A stretch of DNA of 64,000 nt from an uncultured Nitrospinota bacterium (GCA_963707985.1 CAVPRW010000010.1:224001-288000); one strand, 5' to 3'; positions 31,721 to 43,471 are shown, counted from the first letter of the stretch. Notes: generated by a model from the sequence alone, not told the origin. Made by a program: numbers and translations.

Positions 31721-32223
31721 TCACGTCGACCCAGACTTGAGATAGGGGAGAATCGTTTCGGCCACTGCTCGTCACTCCCATGCGAATGGCATCATGTCCT
31801 GAACCGCGTGCCTGACGACTCCCCATGGTGCAGAGGCGCCGACACACCCATCGCTGATACACGCACCACTGGTACAATAGGGTCAACTGGAGTCACTGAT
31901 CTCGATCCTAACACGGAAGATAAAATTGATCAATAAAATTCATAAATATATGGAGAATAAGCCAATAACTGTACTCATAGTTGCTGACGCAGTTGATTCG
32001 ATATTTGCATTAGCTTCCATAAGACTTATAGGGTTTGAAGAGCTGCACCCAGCACTGTGCCCTGGGCAGCAGGCGATGCGCAAATCTATGCAGCGATCGG
32101 GTGAATGCGTCTAGGCTGGGAAAGAATCGAACGAGGCAGGAAACGAGCCGTGGACTCAGCCACATCTTCCTTGACCCGGAATAGGAGACCACAAGCGTTT
32201 AGACGGCACCGAGCGCAACGCGC

Positions 32224-32556
32224 TTACGGCAGTTTTCGGATAGCGACAATGCGAGATTTTTTCTCCTCACTGACCCGAAAATGGATACGATCTCCGGCTT
32301 TGAGGCCATTGAGCAGGGCTGGATCCGACACGCTGAATGGCATTTCCATTGGTCCCATGAAATACCCAGGCGCTCGAATGGGCTCGTGATCCAGCAGAAT
32401 CTGCCCTTGATCTGCCATAATGCCGACCACCGTTCCTTCTGATTCGTACGGACCCCACTCGCCAGCCTGGAGCCCTGGGATGGCACAAACCGTCCAGAAC
32501 GTGATAGCCAGCATGATTGTAGTCAATCGAACCACTCGGCATTGGCACAGGCGCAT
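32224..32556 (-). CDS. CusF-like periplasmic copper-binding protein
   Basis: LDHEPI...MGPMEMPF..LKAGDRIHF; start uncertain. Confidence 0.8.
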   Translation of the reverse strand: MRLCQCRVVRLTTIMLAITFWTVCAIPGLQAGEWGPYESEGTVVGIMADQGQILLDHEPIRAPGYFMGPMEMPFSVSDPALLNGLKAGDRIHFRVSEEKKSRIVAIRKLP

Positions 32557-32871
32557 GGCGGGGGTCGCGCTCTGACCGGTATTCGGCGAGACAGAATATT
32601 TCAATCTTGTGTGGACTGATTGAGATGTTGTGCGACGTTGTGTCATAACTGAGTTCCCTCTCGACCCTGGATTGCCAGATATCAGACGACGGCACGTCTG
32701 CTGCTCAGGTGCGAGCCAATCCGGAGGGCGTTGCACTCATCCTCTCGAGGAGGTAACCCATCGGATTGGCGGCCTTCGGTGGGGAGAAGGCCAGCCTCCG
32801 CGACGTTAGTGGGATTATAACATGCTCCCCAAGCCGGGTAACATGATAGTAACCGCTTAAGCCTAGGCTCG

Positions 32872-32899
32872 TTGACACCGGGCGACAGCACGCTAGAAT
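32872..32899 (+). promoter_or_regulatory. sigma70-type promoter upstream of the cas6 remnant
   Basis: TTGACA-16 nt-TAGAAT. Confidence 0.6.
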
Positions 32900-33136
32900 A
32901 TCATGCTGACATGGCAACGGGATCGATTCAGGCAACGAATGGCACAGTCCCGGCGGATAGCCTCCATAGAATCCGAGGGTTTATGGCTTGAAGTACGGCC
33001 GGATCACCTCACATGCCACGCGTTCCATCCTGGATGGCTACAAGTTATCACGCAAGTATTTCCCCGGTTAGATCTACATTGTGCCCCGTCGGGTCGGGTG
33101 CCTCATGTCCCGATGCTCGGGTGCAGAGGGGGTGAT

Positions 33137-33480
33137 GTGCGCTTTCGCGTCCATCTTCGTGCCCCACCGCCGATTGTGATTCCAATAAACTATGCGCATC
33201 AGCTCGCCTCCGTCGTCTACCACCTTCTCGGCCGCTCTTCTTCAGCATATAGGGCGTTTCTGCATAGTCAGGGCTATGGCACAGGCGATCGTCGCTTCAA
33301 ACTGTTCACCTTCTCCCCTCTCTTTGGTCAGCCACGCCAGGTGGTGGCCGGGCATTTACGCTTCGAGACTACCGCAGTGACATGGTCCATCACCTCCCCA
33401 GTGGAAGCCTTCATCCGACATGTGGTCCAGGGCATTCTGAGCCTCGATCAGATCGAGATAGCCGGCGTTACTTTCATAGA
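33137..33480 (+). pseudogene. cas6: N-terminal half of a CRISPR endoribonuclease Cas6
   Basis: IPINYAHQLASVVY..L...S..Y..FLHSQGY...FKLFTFS...W.ITSP; second RRM and glycine-rich loop absent. Confidence 0.8.
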
Positions 33481-33498
33481 AAAGAGGAGACTTATGGC

Positions 33499-33957
33499 AT
33501 GCCTGGCCGCTACGAAGATTGGTTACGGCAGGCGCGACGAGATATCAGCCACGCGCAAAACGCCTTGGAGGATGGCGATTACGATTGGGCCTGCTTTGCA
33601 GCCCAGCAAGCGGCCGAGAAAGCCGTTAAAGCCCTCTTCCGATTCCTCGCTGCAGACGCTTGGGGTCATTCCGTGAGCTTGTTACTCGGCAGGCTCCCCG
33701 AGACATACAGACCTCTCGAAGCCATGATCGATGGCGCCAAGGAACTAGATAAGCATTACATCCCTTCGCGTTATCCCTATGGCTTTGACGAGGGTGCCCC
33801 ACTTGATTACTACACCAAAGATGAAGCCACACGGAGCATAGGCCATGCGCGAGTCATCATCACCTTCTGTGAAGGTCACATTTACCAACCGAGAACAAAT
33901 CCTCACAGCCCTGAAGAATCTGATCCAGGAGTGGGCCCAACAACACCCGGAGCTTGA
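33499..33957 (+). CDS. HEPN-domain protein (HepT-like)
   Basis: WACFAAQQAAEKAVKA, GHSV, LDKHYIPSRYP. Confidence 0.9.
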   Translation: MPGRYEDWLRQARRDISHAQNALEDGDYDWACFAAQQAAEKAVKALFRFLAADAWGHSVSLLLGRLPETYRPLEAMIDGAKELDKHYIPSRYPYGFDEGAPLDYYTKDEATRSIGHARVIITFCEGHIYQPRTNPHSPEESDPGVGPTTPGA

Positions 33958-34222
33958 GCAGGTCATCCTGTTTGGCTCATTTGCGCGTGGCGATTATTTC
34001 CCCGGAAGTGATGTGGACGTGCTTCTCATCCTTGAGAACTCAGACCAACCGCTTCTATACCGTAGCCGAAAATTTCTTCCAACCCATTTTCCGGTTGACA
34101 TCGATGTATTTCCTTACACTAGAGATGAAATCGAGCGCTTCATGAATGATCCTCAGAGCCTCGTGGTGCAGGCGCTGTCCGAGGGCAAACAGATGTACCC
34201 TTTAACTGGTTGCGAGTTTTAG
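33845..34222 (+). CDS. minimal nucleotidyltransferase (MNT)
   Basis: LFGSFARGD...SDVDVL; overlaps the HEPN gene. Confidence 0.9.
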   Translation: MRESSSPSVKVTFTNREQILTALKNLIQEWAQQHPELEQVILFGSFARGDYFPGSDVDVLLILENSDQPLLYRSRKFLPTHFPVDIDVFPYTRDEIERFMNDPQSLVVQALSEGKQMYPLTGCEF

Positions 34223-34273
34223 ACACCGCAGAACGCTCGCAGGTAGATCAACACATACGCTAACAACTTCATC

Positions 34274-35665
34274 CCCGTATAGTCAAAATATTCGAACTCG
34301 CCTTCCCCCTGGAGGTTAGGCCTTTACCACCGTCTGTGCTTCAGCTTGTCTTCTGCTCCACTTTCACCCATACTCAGCATCAATTATGGATAGCAAAAGC
34401 TGAGAGGTGCGGCGATGGACTGGAAACACCTGCTCGCATACATCACGGCGACTGTCGATCAGGAACTGCTGGTGTGCAACGAATATCTGGTCACGGAGAA
34501 TCGCATCCTCCGCACCCAAATCAAGGGGCGCCTCCGGTTGAGTGACGGCGAACGTCAGACCTTGGCGGAGATTGGCCAGAAGCTAGGGAAGCAAGCCTTG
34601 GAGGAAGTGGCCACGATCGTCAAACCCGAGACCGTCCTTGGCTGGCACCGGAAACTGGTCGCCCGGAAGTTTGACGGTTCCCAACAGCGCAAGGCTCCCG
34701 GCCGTCCCACGATCGACCAGGAGGTGGAGGCCCTGGTGGCGCGTATGGCCAAGGAGAACCGCTCCTGGGGTTATGACCGGATCGTCGGCGCACTGGCCAA
34801 CCTGGGCTATACGATCAGTGATCAAACCGTGGGCAATATCCTCAAGCGCCACGGTATCCCACCGGCACCAGAGCGTAAAACCACGACAACCTGGAAGGAG
34901 TTTATCCTCACGCACATGGATGTGCTCGTCGCCACTGACTTTTTCACCGCTGAGGTCTGGACAACGGCAGGGTTAGTGACATACTACGTGCTCTTTTTCA
35001 TCCACCTCGCCAGTCGGCAAGTCCATCTGGCCGGCGTGACGCCCCATCCTGATGAGCGATGGATGGTGCAGAGCGGCCGTAACGTCACCATGACTGACTG
35101 GGGCTTCCTGTCTCCCGGGCAGTACCTCATCCATGACCGGGATGGGAAATATTGCCCCGTGTTTCAGCACATTATTGATGAGGCTGGCGTGAAGCGCGTT
35201 CCATTACCGCCGCGGTCGCCGAATCTGAATGCCTACGCGGAGCGGTGGGTGCGCTCAGTGAAGGAGGAGTGTCTGTCGCGACTGATCCTGTTTGGGGAAG
35301 CGTCGCTCTGGTATGCGCTTCAAGAGTATGTGGAGCACTACCGTCACGAGCGGAATCATCAGGGTTAGGACAATGTGCTGCTCTTTCCTATCTCAAGAGG
35401 AGACGGAAGGCGTACAGGCCCGGTTCACTGTCGAGAACGGCTCGGCGGACTCCTGAAATACTACGAGTGTGAGGCCGCATGAGTTTTTTGACCAAACGAC
35501 CAGCAAAGTCTTCCAATCCATGCGTCTGTCCCCCTCCGTTTGCTCCGCCCTCCATGGGCGTCGAGTATACGTAATGGGGTGGACAGGAGGCGAGCCGAAG
35601 CGTGAGCCATGGCAGGGCCGTAAACGCTGCCGTCAAGCCGGTTTCGAGTTTTTTGACCATACGCG
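34274..35665 (+). mobile_element. IS with an rve/integrase-core transposase (34415-35481, internal stop at 35368)
   Basis: IRs CGTATAGTCAAAATATTCGAA / [48 protein letters not shown]. Confidence 0.85.
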
Positions 35666-35666
35666 A

Positions 35667-36590
35667 TTATTCCGATGAGACGAAGCGATTTGCGATCGCG
35701 CCGAGGTCACGATTCTTTGTCTCGAGCTCCCTCCGTCGCTCAGAATACTCTGACGTTAGGCGTTCTGACTCGTCGAACGTTCCGTCTTCGTTGTATCGGA
35801 CAGCTGATAGGAATCGAGTATCTCCCTCGAATGCCTGCGCGGCCTACTCTGTGAGGGTTTGGAAGGTTCGCTCAGCCGTTTCCAGAGGTGCCTTGAGTTG
35901 GGTCCGTACCTCACGATGAACCGCCCCGAGGCCTTCGCTGTACTGCCTGAGGAGCGGCATAAGGGCAATGAGGCCATTCCCATTGGCACGCTGTTTGAGT
36001 TCCTCGAGTATTGGAGGTTTGAACTTCTTATCCTGAGCAAGTTCCCTTACACCAATGGCAGGGACGACGCTGAATCTCGAGCGGGCTGGCTGGAATCGCT
36101 CCTCATGGACGATAGGGAACGAAATAGCATTAACCGGAAGTCCTCGATGCTGAGCATGATTTCGCAACGCCTCCATTGCCCTGTACCCAAAGCGGTCATC
36201 GTACTGCGCATTCATAACCTTTCTTATGCGCGCCACCACACGGCCACCATCTTGAAGGGCCTCTGAAATGTCGTGCTTTACTTGGTCCACGTATAGCCGC
36301 GCCGTCGCAAGGTAGTTGGTAAGTCTGCGATTCGTGCTACGCCGTGCGTGATTTAGGAGCTCGTCAATCCGACCAGGAAAGAGTGAGTACTCAAGCGCCA
36401 TGTCGAGGAGATGACGTTCGAGATCCGCGTGATTCTCCAGTGCGATGTCGAACTTTTCCTCGACACCCAACCCAACGCTGAGCGTGACCCGCGCCCGTTG
36501 TGCGGCAGCGAACTCCTCCGCCGAGATTGGCACGTCTTTGTCGAAACCGATGTATGCGCAGGTAACGCCGTACCTTACTGCATCAGTCAT
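35667..36590 (-). pseudogene. hypothetical HEPN-like protein with one internal TAG (35844)
   Basis: LRNHAQH (RxxxxH); the frame stays open for about 58 codons past the TAG. Confidence 0.6.
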
Positions 36591-36731
36591 GTGTCGCTCC
36601 TGAGCGCTCCCGTCGCCCAACTATTGAGTATCTGGCCATGTTTGCGTCAACGCCTCCTTGAACTAGTGCGAAGTCAAGCCGGCCCCACCCGTGCGTGATC
36701 AGTACAGCACATAATGGACCAAATGGCTGAG

Positions 36732-37223
36732 TCACTTCCGCGCCAGTGGCGCTCTGATGGGATCGCCGAACACGTCGATGATGAAGCGGTCCACGCCTTT
36801 GAAAAAGGCTTCCGCTAATCCTGCGATTGAGACGAACACCTGATCTGGAGCCGCTTGTGGGTTGTAGATGACTTCTGGGTCCGATTGATCGACATACCCG
36901 ATCTCCCGGCATTTGCCTTCGCGGCTCAGCCGTGACATGACGCTATAGTTGTGGAGCATGCCGCACCGTGCCCCATAGAGATCAAGCCCTGTGAGCTGTT
37001 CCTGACAGGGGAAATGCAGATATTGCTCAGCCCAGCGGATGAAGGCAGCACGGGTGACATCCTGCTGGCCCTCCGGCAGACTGAGGAAGGCCATGGCATC
37101 GATCCACGCGTAAATCAGGATGACGGCAGAGCGATAACATTGCTGCTCAAGTAGCACCTCTATGCCCTGCTTGATCCCGACATGAATGACGTTTGAGATC
37201 GATGCCTGCGGAACCTCGCTCAT
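36732..37223 (-). CDS. hypothetical HEPN-like protein
   Basis: AVILIYAWIDAMA...LYGARCGMLH; AGGAG RBS. Confidence 0.7.
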   Translation of the reverse strand: MSEVPQASISNVIHVGIKQGIEVLLEQQCYRSAVILIYAWIDAMAFLSLPEGQQDVTRAAFIRWAEQYLHFPCQEQLTGLDLYGARCGMLHNYSVMSRLSREGKCREIGYVDQSDPEVIYNPQAAPDQVFVSIAGLAEAFFKGVDRFIIDVFGDPIRAPLARK

Positions 37224-37389
37224 GAGCCATACACTCCTGGGAATGCTCCTCGCTCCACTGTGGTCGGCTGCACTCCACACCGAAGTCCGGTTGTGGTAAC
37301 GCGGTTTGGAAGGGCTGTGCTGGACCACGTTCGCGCCCATTCGTGACGCCTGCCGCGAGACGGGGCGCTGACCCACCTCTGTGTAACGT

Positions 37390-38063
37390 TTATGGGGCCT
37401 CGCTGGCTGCCCGGCGAGGATTAGGGACCGCGTCGATGATCTGGTCAAACGTGCAGGCCCGCCCTTGAAACCCGTATATTTCGTTCACAAAGTGGTGGTA
37501 GGCAGGGTCCCTGGCCTCCAGACTCTTGAAGGCTTCGGCGACGGTGTGGAGCACGAGATAAGCGTCCTGCCGCCAAATCCGTAAGGGAAGCAGATTGAGC
37601 TTGAGGTGGGTGGACTGTCTGGTCTGAGGATCGAGCACCTGGTGAAATTTCAGATCGCCGTAGCCTGCCTGGAGAGCCGGTGGGGACACAAACTGCAGCG
37701 TCTCGAGCGTCTCCTGAACAATCTGGCCTTCCCAGAGATGGCTATGAGCAAGGACATCACGGATGACAAAGACCTCTCTGATCGCCTGGGTGAGTGGAGA
37801 CTCCGGGGTCACCTCCAAGAAATACCCCAGCGCAGACTTCCGGCCCTGTCGCGTTCATGGTAACGGACCCAGGCAATCCCTGACTCGAACACCAGCGCGG
37901 CCAGGACGATGATCGCAGCCGAATACCCGTTCTCGTTCCGGCTGGTTTGTACGTCATTTGGAGCTTTGGCGGGCTCAGCCATCAAGGTTTCGACAACCCT
38001 CACCAAGGGTTGGATCAAGGCAGGGCCAATCGGTGAAATATAGCCGAACGGCGTCTCGACCAT
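37390..38063 (-). pseudogene. HEPN-like protein, frameshifted near 37815
   Basis: AIIVLAALVFES in one frame and IRDVLAH in the next; GGAGGAG RBS. Confidence 0.55.
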
Positions 38064-38347
38064 ACGATTCGTCTCCTCCTCCAGGCTTTGCTGATCAATC
38101 ACCGGCCACGGGCGGCGCAGGGGTAGGGGCACGGGAGCCCCGCTCGACGGCCTCATGGCAGGGTCGGACACCCCGCTCCTCCGCCTATAGGCGCACCTCC
38201 ACCCCAGCGCGCACCGGCATCTCGAAACACCAGCGGAGATGTCAGGGTCGCCAGCGCGTTCGGCGTTCTCGCCGGGCCGGTTCCTGATTGACGTAGATGC
38301 GAAGCTTTTCCGTGGGCGGCACGGATCAGTCGATCAGCTGAGTTGCC

Positions 38348-39101
38348 TCACTCGCACAAACACCACACGTGGAAGATATCAATAGGCGTCGCTTGGCCCT
38401 TGCGATCGGGCCACTGAAAGGTCCGCTCATGACGGCTCAGAAAAACAGCTTCGGCGGCCGGTGTTGAGCAGGCCCCTTTCATGGTTGTCCGTGCCGGTAG
38501 CTGCTGGGTCTGGAGAGTGGACATGCGCGGAGCTTCGGACATCGCAGGCAGCAAAGACTGTTCGATGGTGCGGCCGTTGCGGGCGTAAGCGAGCATCATG
38601 GCCTCCTGCATGGCCCACGCGTAGTCGCCGCGTACGAAGCGGATGAGGCCATCGTCACAGTATTTGCTGCCTGCAGGGTGCGCAGCGTCCACTGGCTTGG
38701 CTTCGATGAACAGGCCCTCGTGTTCGGAGAGCACCGAGCGTGGCTCGGTCTCGTCGTTTCGGAGTTTGAAAAAGAGGTCGGGGGCTTTGTTGAGGCTCTT
38801 GCCGTCGTAGTTGGCCCACTGGGCTTGACGGCTGACGAATTCGAAGTTGCGCTTGTCGAAACCCGGCACCTCGCCGCTCTGGCGGAGGTTGTTCTCAATC
38901 GTGCTGCGGAGTGCGGCGGTGACTCGGTCTTCGTGAGCGGCGGCGAGGTTGAATTGCTGTTCGCGCAGCAGCTCGAATGCGCGGAGCACCACGCGGCGGA
39001 TGAGGAGCAGGACCGGAAGGCCAAGGCGCGGATGAGGGAGGTGATAACGCTCCGGCTGGAACGCCGAGCGTGAAGAAGCCCGCTGTGTCCGACGTGCTCA
39101 T
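38348..39101 (-). CDS. putative PD-(D/E)xK nuclease, partner of the MTase (frameshift near the 5' end)
   Basis: EDRVT, APDLFF, FIEAK, GLIRFVRGDYAW. Confidence 0.6.
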
Positions 39102-42100
39102 GCGTGCTCCGGCGAGACCACACTCGCCCAGTCGTTCGCGGATGATGTGTTGTGCGCAGAGCCGAGCACGCGTGACAGTCCACCACCGGCGCTGATTGAG
39201 CAGGCCGAGCAGCAGGCCGCGCTTGCGCGGCGCGTGCACAATGATGCGGCTGCAGCCGCGCTGGTTGGCCGCTTCCATCGCTTTTCGCATCAGGCTGGGA
39301 TTGACCGACACCGAGTCCGCCTCGCGCGAGACGGCCAGGAAGAACCACGGTTCCCGCCATGTGTCGGGCTGAAACTCCGCCTCGCGCACCGCGACGTGTT
39401 CGCCGCAGACATCGAAATACGGTTCCAAGTGCTTCGCGCAGCGTTTGCACGAAATCGGCGCGTGTGTCGCGAGTCGTGCGGTCGAGCGCGGCCTTGCCGG
39501 CTTTGCGATACGAGGCGGCGGCGAAGAGCGTGTCCTCGGCGACCTGCACCGCATCCGCATCAAGCCCGTAGAGTCGGAAGATGAACTCGTTTATTTCTCG
39601 CCACGGCTTGCTCGCGTCGTGCTGAAGTCGCTGCGCAAGGCTGCGGATGGTGGTCTTGGTCTTGGTGGGAATCTTGGCAATGTGCGGGGAACGGCAGGGC
39701 GTCGAAGTCCTGCTTTGTGAACATCATGCGGTCGGCTCCCTGCGACACACTGACCATCAGGGCAAAGTATCGGAAGAGAGTGCTGTGCGCCAAAAGGAAG
39801 ATGAGCGAGGCAAGCGTCTGCTCTTCGGGATGCCCGGCGCACGAGTAGCCATAGTAGCTTTGCGAAAATGCCACAGCTTGAGTCGGATAGATAGGCCTTT
39901 GGGGAGCATGGGTCGTCGCCTGGGGCCTGTGGAATGATGACGAGCGGCGGTTGATAGAGTTCCTCGCGACGCGGCATGTGAGCGCTACTTTGGCCTCTGG
40001 CGTTCTTGCCGAATAACTCCCCGTATGTCGTCGTGGCCGCGGTGAATCCGAACAAGACGGCTCACGTCGGTGCCTCGAAAGACTGGTAGACTCGCCAAGG
40101 AAATCTACGAACTTCTGAGCCAGATTGGGAGAGCGATTGTACCCTTGCCCAGTCTTGGCACCGTCCGCGTCCCACTCAGCCCAGCGGGCTCCAAGGGTCT
40201 TGTGGTCGATGTTCGACAGTGCCTCCATCACCTCCACATCCAGCCACGTCCCGAGCGATAGTGTCTTGAGCAGCCACGGCTGTTTCTCGACACGAGCGAC
40301 GCTGATAGGATGTCGCGGCTTCGTAATCAATGCGGAAGCGTCCGTCGTCCGTTGAGTTCGGGTTCGTGAATGGGCGCAGCGTAGTGGAAGCGATGTTCTG
40401 GCGCGGGCTTTGCGTTGCGTGCAAAGAACACGCAGAAGGGCATCTTCACGTCCTTCCAGACCGACGACCACCGCAGATCCGCTCCGTTGATAAGTCCCGT
40501 CACTTCGACGCTACGCAGCACGGCACGCCATGCCTCGAAGCCTTTACCAGAGGTGCGCCCGAAAAGCCGCGCGGGCATGGCAAGAGCGATGACGCCGCCG
40601 TCTTTCGCCCACTCCATCGCTCGCCAGAGGAATGGCAGGTCGGGATTCTTGTCGGGATTCTGGAAGCGCTTTGCCAAGTCATCCAAGCCGCGCGCAGTCA
40701 GCACTCGGCGGCCAATCGCGGTGAACGCTTTGTTCAGTGCATCGGTGGCGGACTTGCTCGCCTTTGTATCCGCAGCATTGCCGTCTTTATCCTTGTCGTC
40801 GCGCAGTCGCGTCCACGGCGGATTGCCGATGACGATGTCGAACGTCTTGTCGAAGTCCGGCGAGACTTCTGGGCCGAGACTGCCCAGCGGGAATGCCTGC
40901 TTCCCTTGAGACTCTGCGCCACCAAAACGGTAGAGCACTTCGCCGCGGAGATTGCGCGGGAACTTGAGTGCCTGCGGCGGACGTGGGCTGGCATTGAGTT
41001 CGATGGCAGTGATGTAGAGCGCGAGCGCCGCGAGTCGCAGAGCGGACTCGCTGATGTCGAAGCCACGCACCTGCTTGTAGAGAATGTTCTGTATGACCGC
41101 CGTCTTGGGTCGTTCGTCGTCTTGCAGCCAACGCTCGCGGACGAGGCGACGGAACGCGAGCACGAGGAAAATCCCCGCGCCGCACGAGCTATCGAGCACC
41201 TGTGCGCCAGCCTTGTCTTTCGTGGCGGCGAAGGCCTCCTCGACCATCAGTCCGGCGATGGTGCGCGGCGTGTAGTGGACACTGGTGTCCCGAGCCGTGC
41301 GCGGGTCGGCACGATGACTGAAGCTCTCATACACCTGACTGAGCACGCCAACTGGGATGTGCGCGAAATCGAGGTCGCCCCAATCGAGTTCGGTTTGGAC
41401 AGTATCTCCAACGGCACTCCAGCCATGGAGAATCGCCTGGAGATGGGTGAAGATTTTCTTTCCCGACCAGATGCTCGGTGCGCTTGAAGAAACGAAGATA
41501 CGCTGCCTCACGCGCATCGCGGCTATCGGCAGGAATGGATTCGTCGATGAGCGGGAGGAAGTCACCGTTGAAGGTCACGTCGAGCCACGCGGAGGTCTGC
41601 GCAGCTTTCTCCGCTGTGGAGAAGGCGTCTTTGAGTTCGTTCGCAGCCGAGCAGATGTCGTCGCGCTCGTGTTCCAGCACGATGCGCCGGTCTATGAGGA
41701 AGCGGAAGAATAGCGCGCGGCCCGCCATCGACAGGACTTCGAGCGCGTCCAACCGTCCCTTGCCGTCTTTGGGGACGAACTCGTTCGTCGTTTGTGTGAG
41801 TAGGTCGAAGATTTTGTGGAAGACGTAGTCCGTGCCGCGAAGCCGATGATTTTCCTCAAAGGTGCCATGCACAAGGCTCTGGAAGAACAACGGCGCCGTC
41901 GGGCTACGTTCATCGATCGTCTTCACAGGCCGCTGTATCGGCAGCCTCGTGGAACCCGATGGGGAAGATTTCCAACGAACCGGGCGCACGACACCCAGCC
42001 ACGCTGGGTCGCTGCGGTTTGCGAGCCGACGCCGCACAACGGCGAGCGAGGTTGCGTCGCTCTTCACATCGCCACTCGCGTCCACGAGATAGAGTAGCGC

Positions 42101-42292
42101 GGTCCCTTGATGCTCGGCGACTGCCGTGAGAGCGGGCGCGTGGTTGCTCTGCTTGGGCAACAGGTCGAGGTAATCGAGCTGCACAGGGGCAGAGAGCTTT
42201 TCGTCGAGCCGTATGACGCTCGTGCAGCCATAGGCAAGCAGCCGGTCAGCGAATGGACGATCCTCAACCATGTTGGGGTCTGTCATATTCAT
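39097..42292 (-). pseudogene. large N6-adenine DNA methyltransferase (Type IIG/Eco57I/HsdM-like), multiple frameshifts
   Basis: VHYTP, VLDSSCGAGIFL, GFDI, IGNPPW; C-terminal TRD-like region spread over about five frame segments. Confidence 0.85.
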
Positions 42293-42516
42293 TTGCTGCC
42301 AGTCAAAGGTGCCTCATTCAGCCGAGTGGTTTCGGCAGTTTGATCGGCGACATACCTCTCCGCTGCGTCACGCACGACCCACGCCAATGAGACCTTTTTC
42401 TGTTTGGCGATCTCTTCCAGAATCCTATACAGCTCCGGCGGAAAGCTGACGGACGCACGTAGCGAGGCCGCGCTCGGTGTCTTGCTGTCGTTTTCCTGTT
42501 TTCTTCTCGCCTTCAT
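42289..42516 (-). CDS. CopG/ribbon-helix-helix regulator
   Basis: RASVSFPPELY..LEEIAKQKKVSLAWVVRDA; overlaps the MTase start. Confidence 0.85.
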   Translation of the reverse strand: MKARRKQENDSKTPSAASLRASVSFPPELYRILEEIAKQKKVSLAWVVRDAAERYVADQTAETTRLNEAPLTGSK

Positions 42517-42634
42517 GTGCAGTGCCCCCGGCTTTCAACTGTGCACCACCTTACACCATATTGGTGTACTTGCAAACTATATATTTTGGCGCACTCGTAG
42601 TGTCACGCGCTCCGTGGGCTCCGGCGTCCACTTT

Positions 42635-43464
42635 GGTTCTGTCGCAATTTTTATTTAAGGCGATTTGAGGTATGATCTCCCGCTGTCATCGAGGGTGCCA
42701 TGAGAGGGGGAGAGGCAATGCCGGTGAGCTTCAAAGGGGCCCATTTCCCGCAGGATATCATTCTGATGGGTGTACGGTGGTATGTGGCGTACCCGTTGAG
42801 CGATCGGCATGTGGAGGAACTCATGGAAGAGCGCGGGGTGCTGCTCGACCATGCAACCATCCAGCGCTGGGTCGTGAAGTACAGTGCTCAGTTGGAAGAG
42901 GCATTCCACCGCCGCAAGCGCCCGGTCGGGCGCCGCTGGCGCATGGACGAGACCTACATTCGGGTCAAAGGCGAGTGGCGGTATTTGTATCGAGCGGTGG
43001 ATAAGTCCGGGCAAACCATTGACTTTCTCCTCACGGAGCACCGAGATACCGAGGCCGCGCTACGCTTTCTGATGCAAGCGATCCACCGTCACGGGGTCCC
43101 CGAGACAATCACCATTGATGGGAGCGGGGCGAATGAAGCGGCCATCAAGCGCTACAATGAGGAGCACGGCACCCACATCATCATCCGGCAGGTGAAATAT
43201 TTGAATAATATCGTGGAACAGGACCATCGAGCGGTCAAACGGGTGACGCGTCCCATGCTGGGGTTCAAAGCGTTCGAGGCCGCACAGGCGACGTTGTCCG
43301 GGATCGAGCTCATGCCCATGCTCAAGAAACGGCAGCTGATGGTTGAGGCAGGAGACGAGGGCCTCACGGCGGCCGAACAGTTCTACTCCCTCGCAGCATA
43401 ATCCCCACACGGACGGGGGCCACTGCCCCTGCACAGCCCCCTGAGCAAAATTTGCGACAGAGCC
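42635..43464 (+). mobile_element. IS6-family element (transposase 42718-43401)
   Basis: IRs GGTTCTGTCGCAA / TTGCGACAGAGCC; WRMDETY, YLYRAVD, NNIVEQDHR; no flanking direct repeat seen. Confidence 0.93.
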
Positions 43465-43471
43465 CTCCGAT

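Noticed and set aside
33490..33540. TKIGYG in the cas6 frame as the Cas6 glycine-rich loop
   Set aside because: It lies in the alternative frame of the HEPN gene, lacks the first GxG, and the second RRM is missing; probably coincidence.
32600..34270. CRISPR array near the cas6 fragment
   Set aside because: No regularly spaced direct repeats found here or elsewhere in the window by eye.
34415..35481. 'Integrase' as the integron integrase for the array
   Set aside because: It is a DDE/rve transposase with terminal inverted repeats, not a tyrosine recombinase.
35844..35846. In-frame TAG as pyrrolysine or programmed readthrough
   Set aside because: No supporting machinery or context; a nonsense mutation in a decaying island is simpler.
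38240..38270. GTTCGGC as an additional attC (also GTTAGGC near 35755)
   Set aside because: No complementary core or arms; the second lies inside a coding frame.
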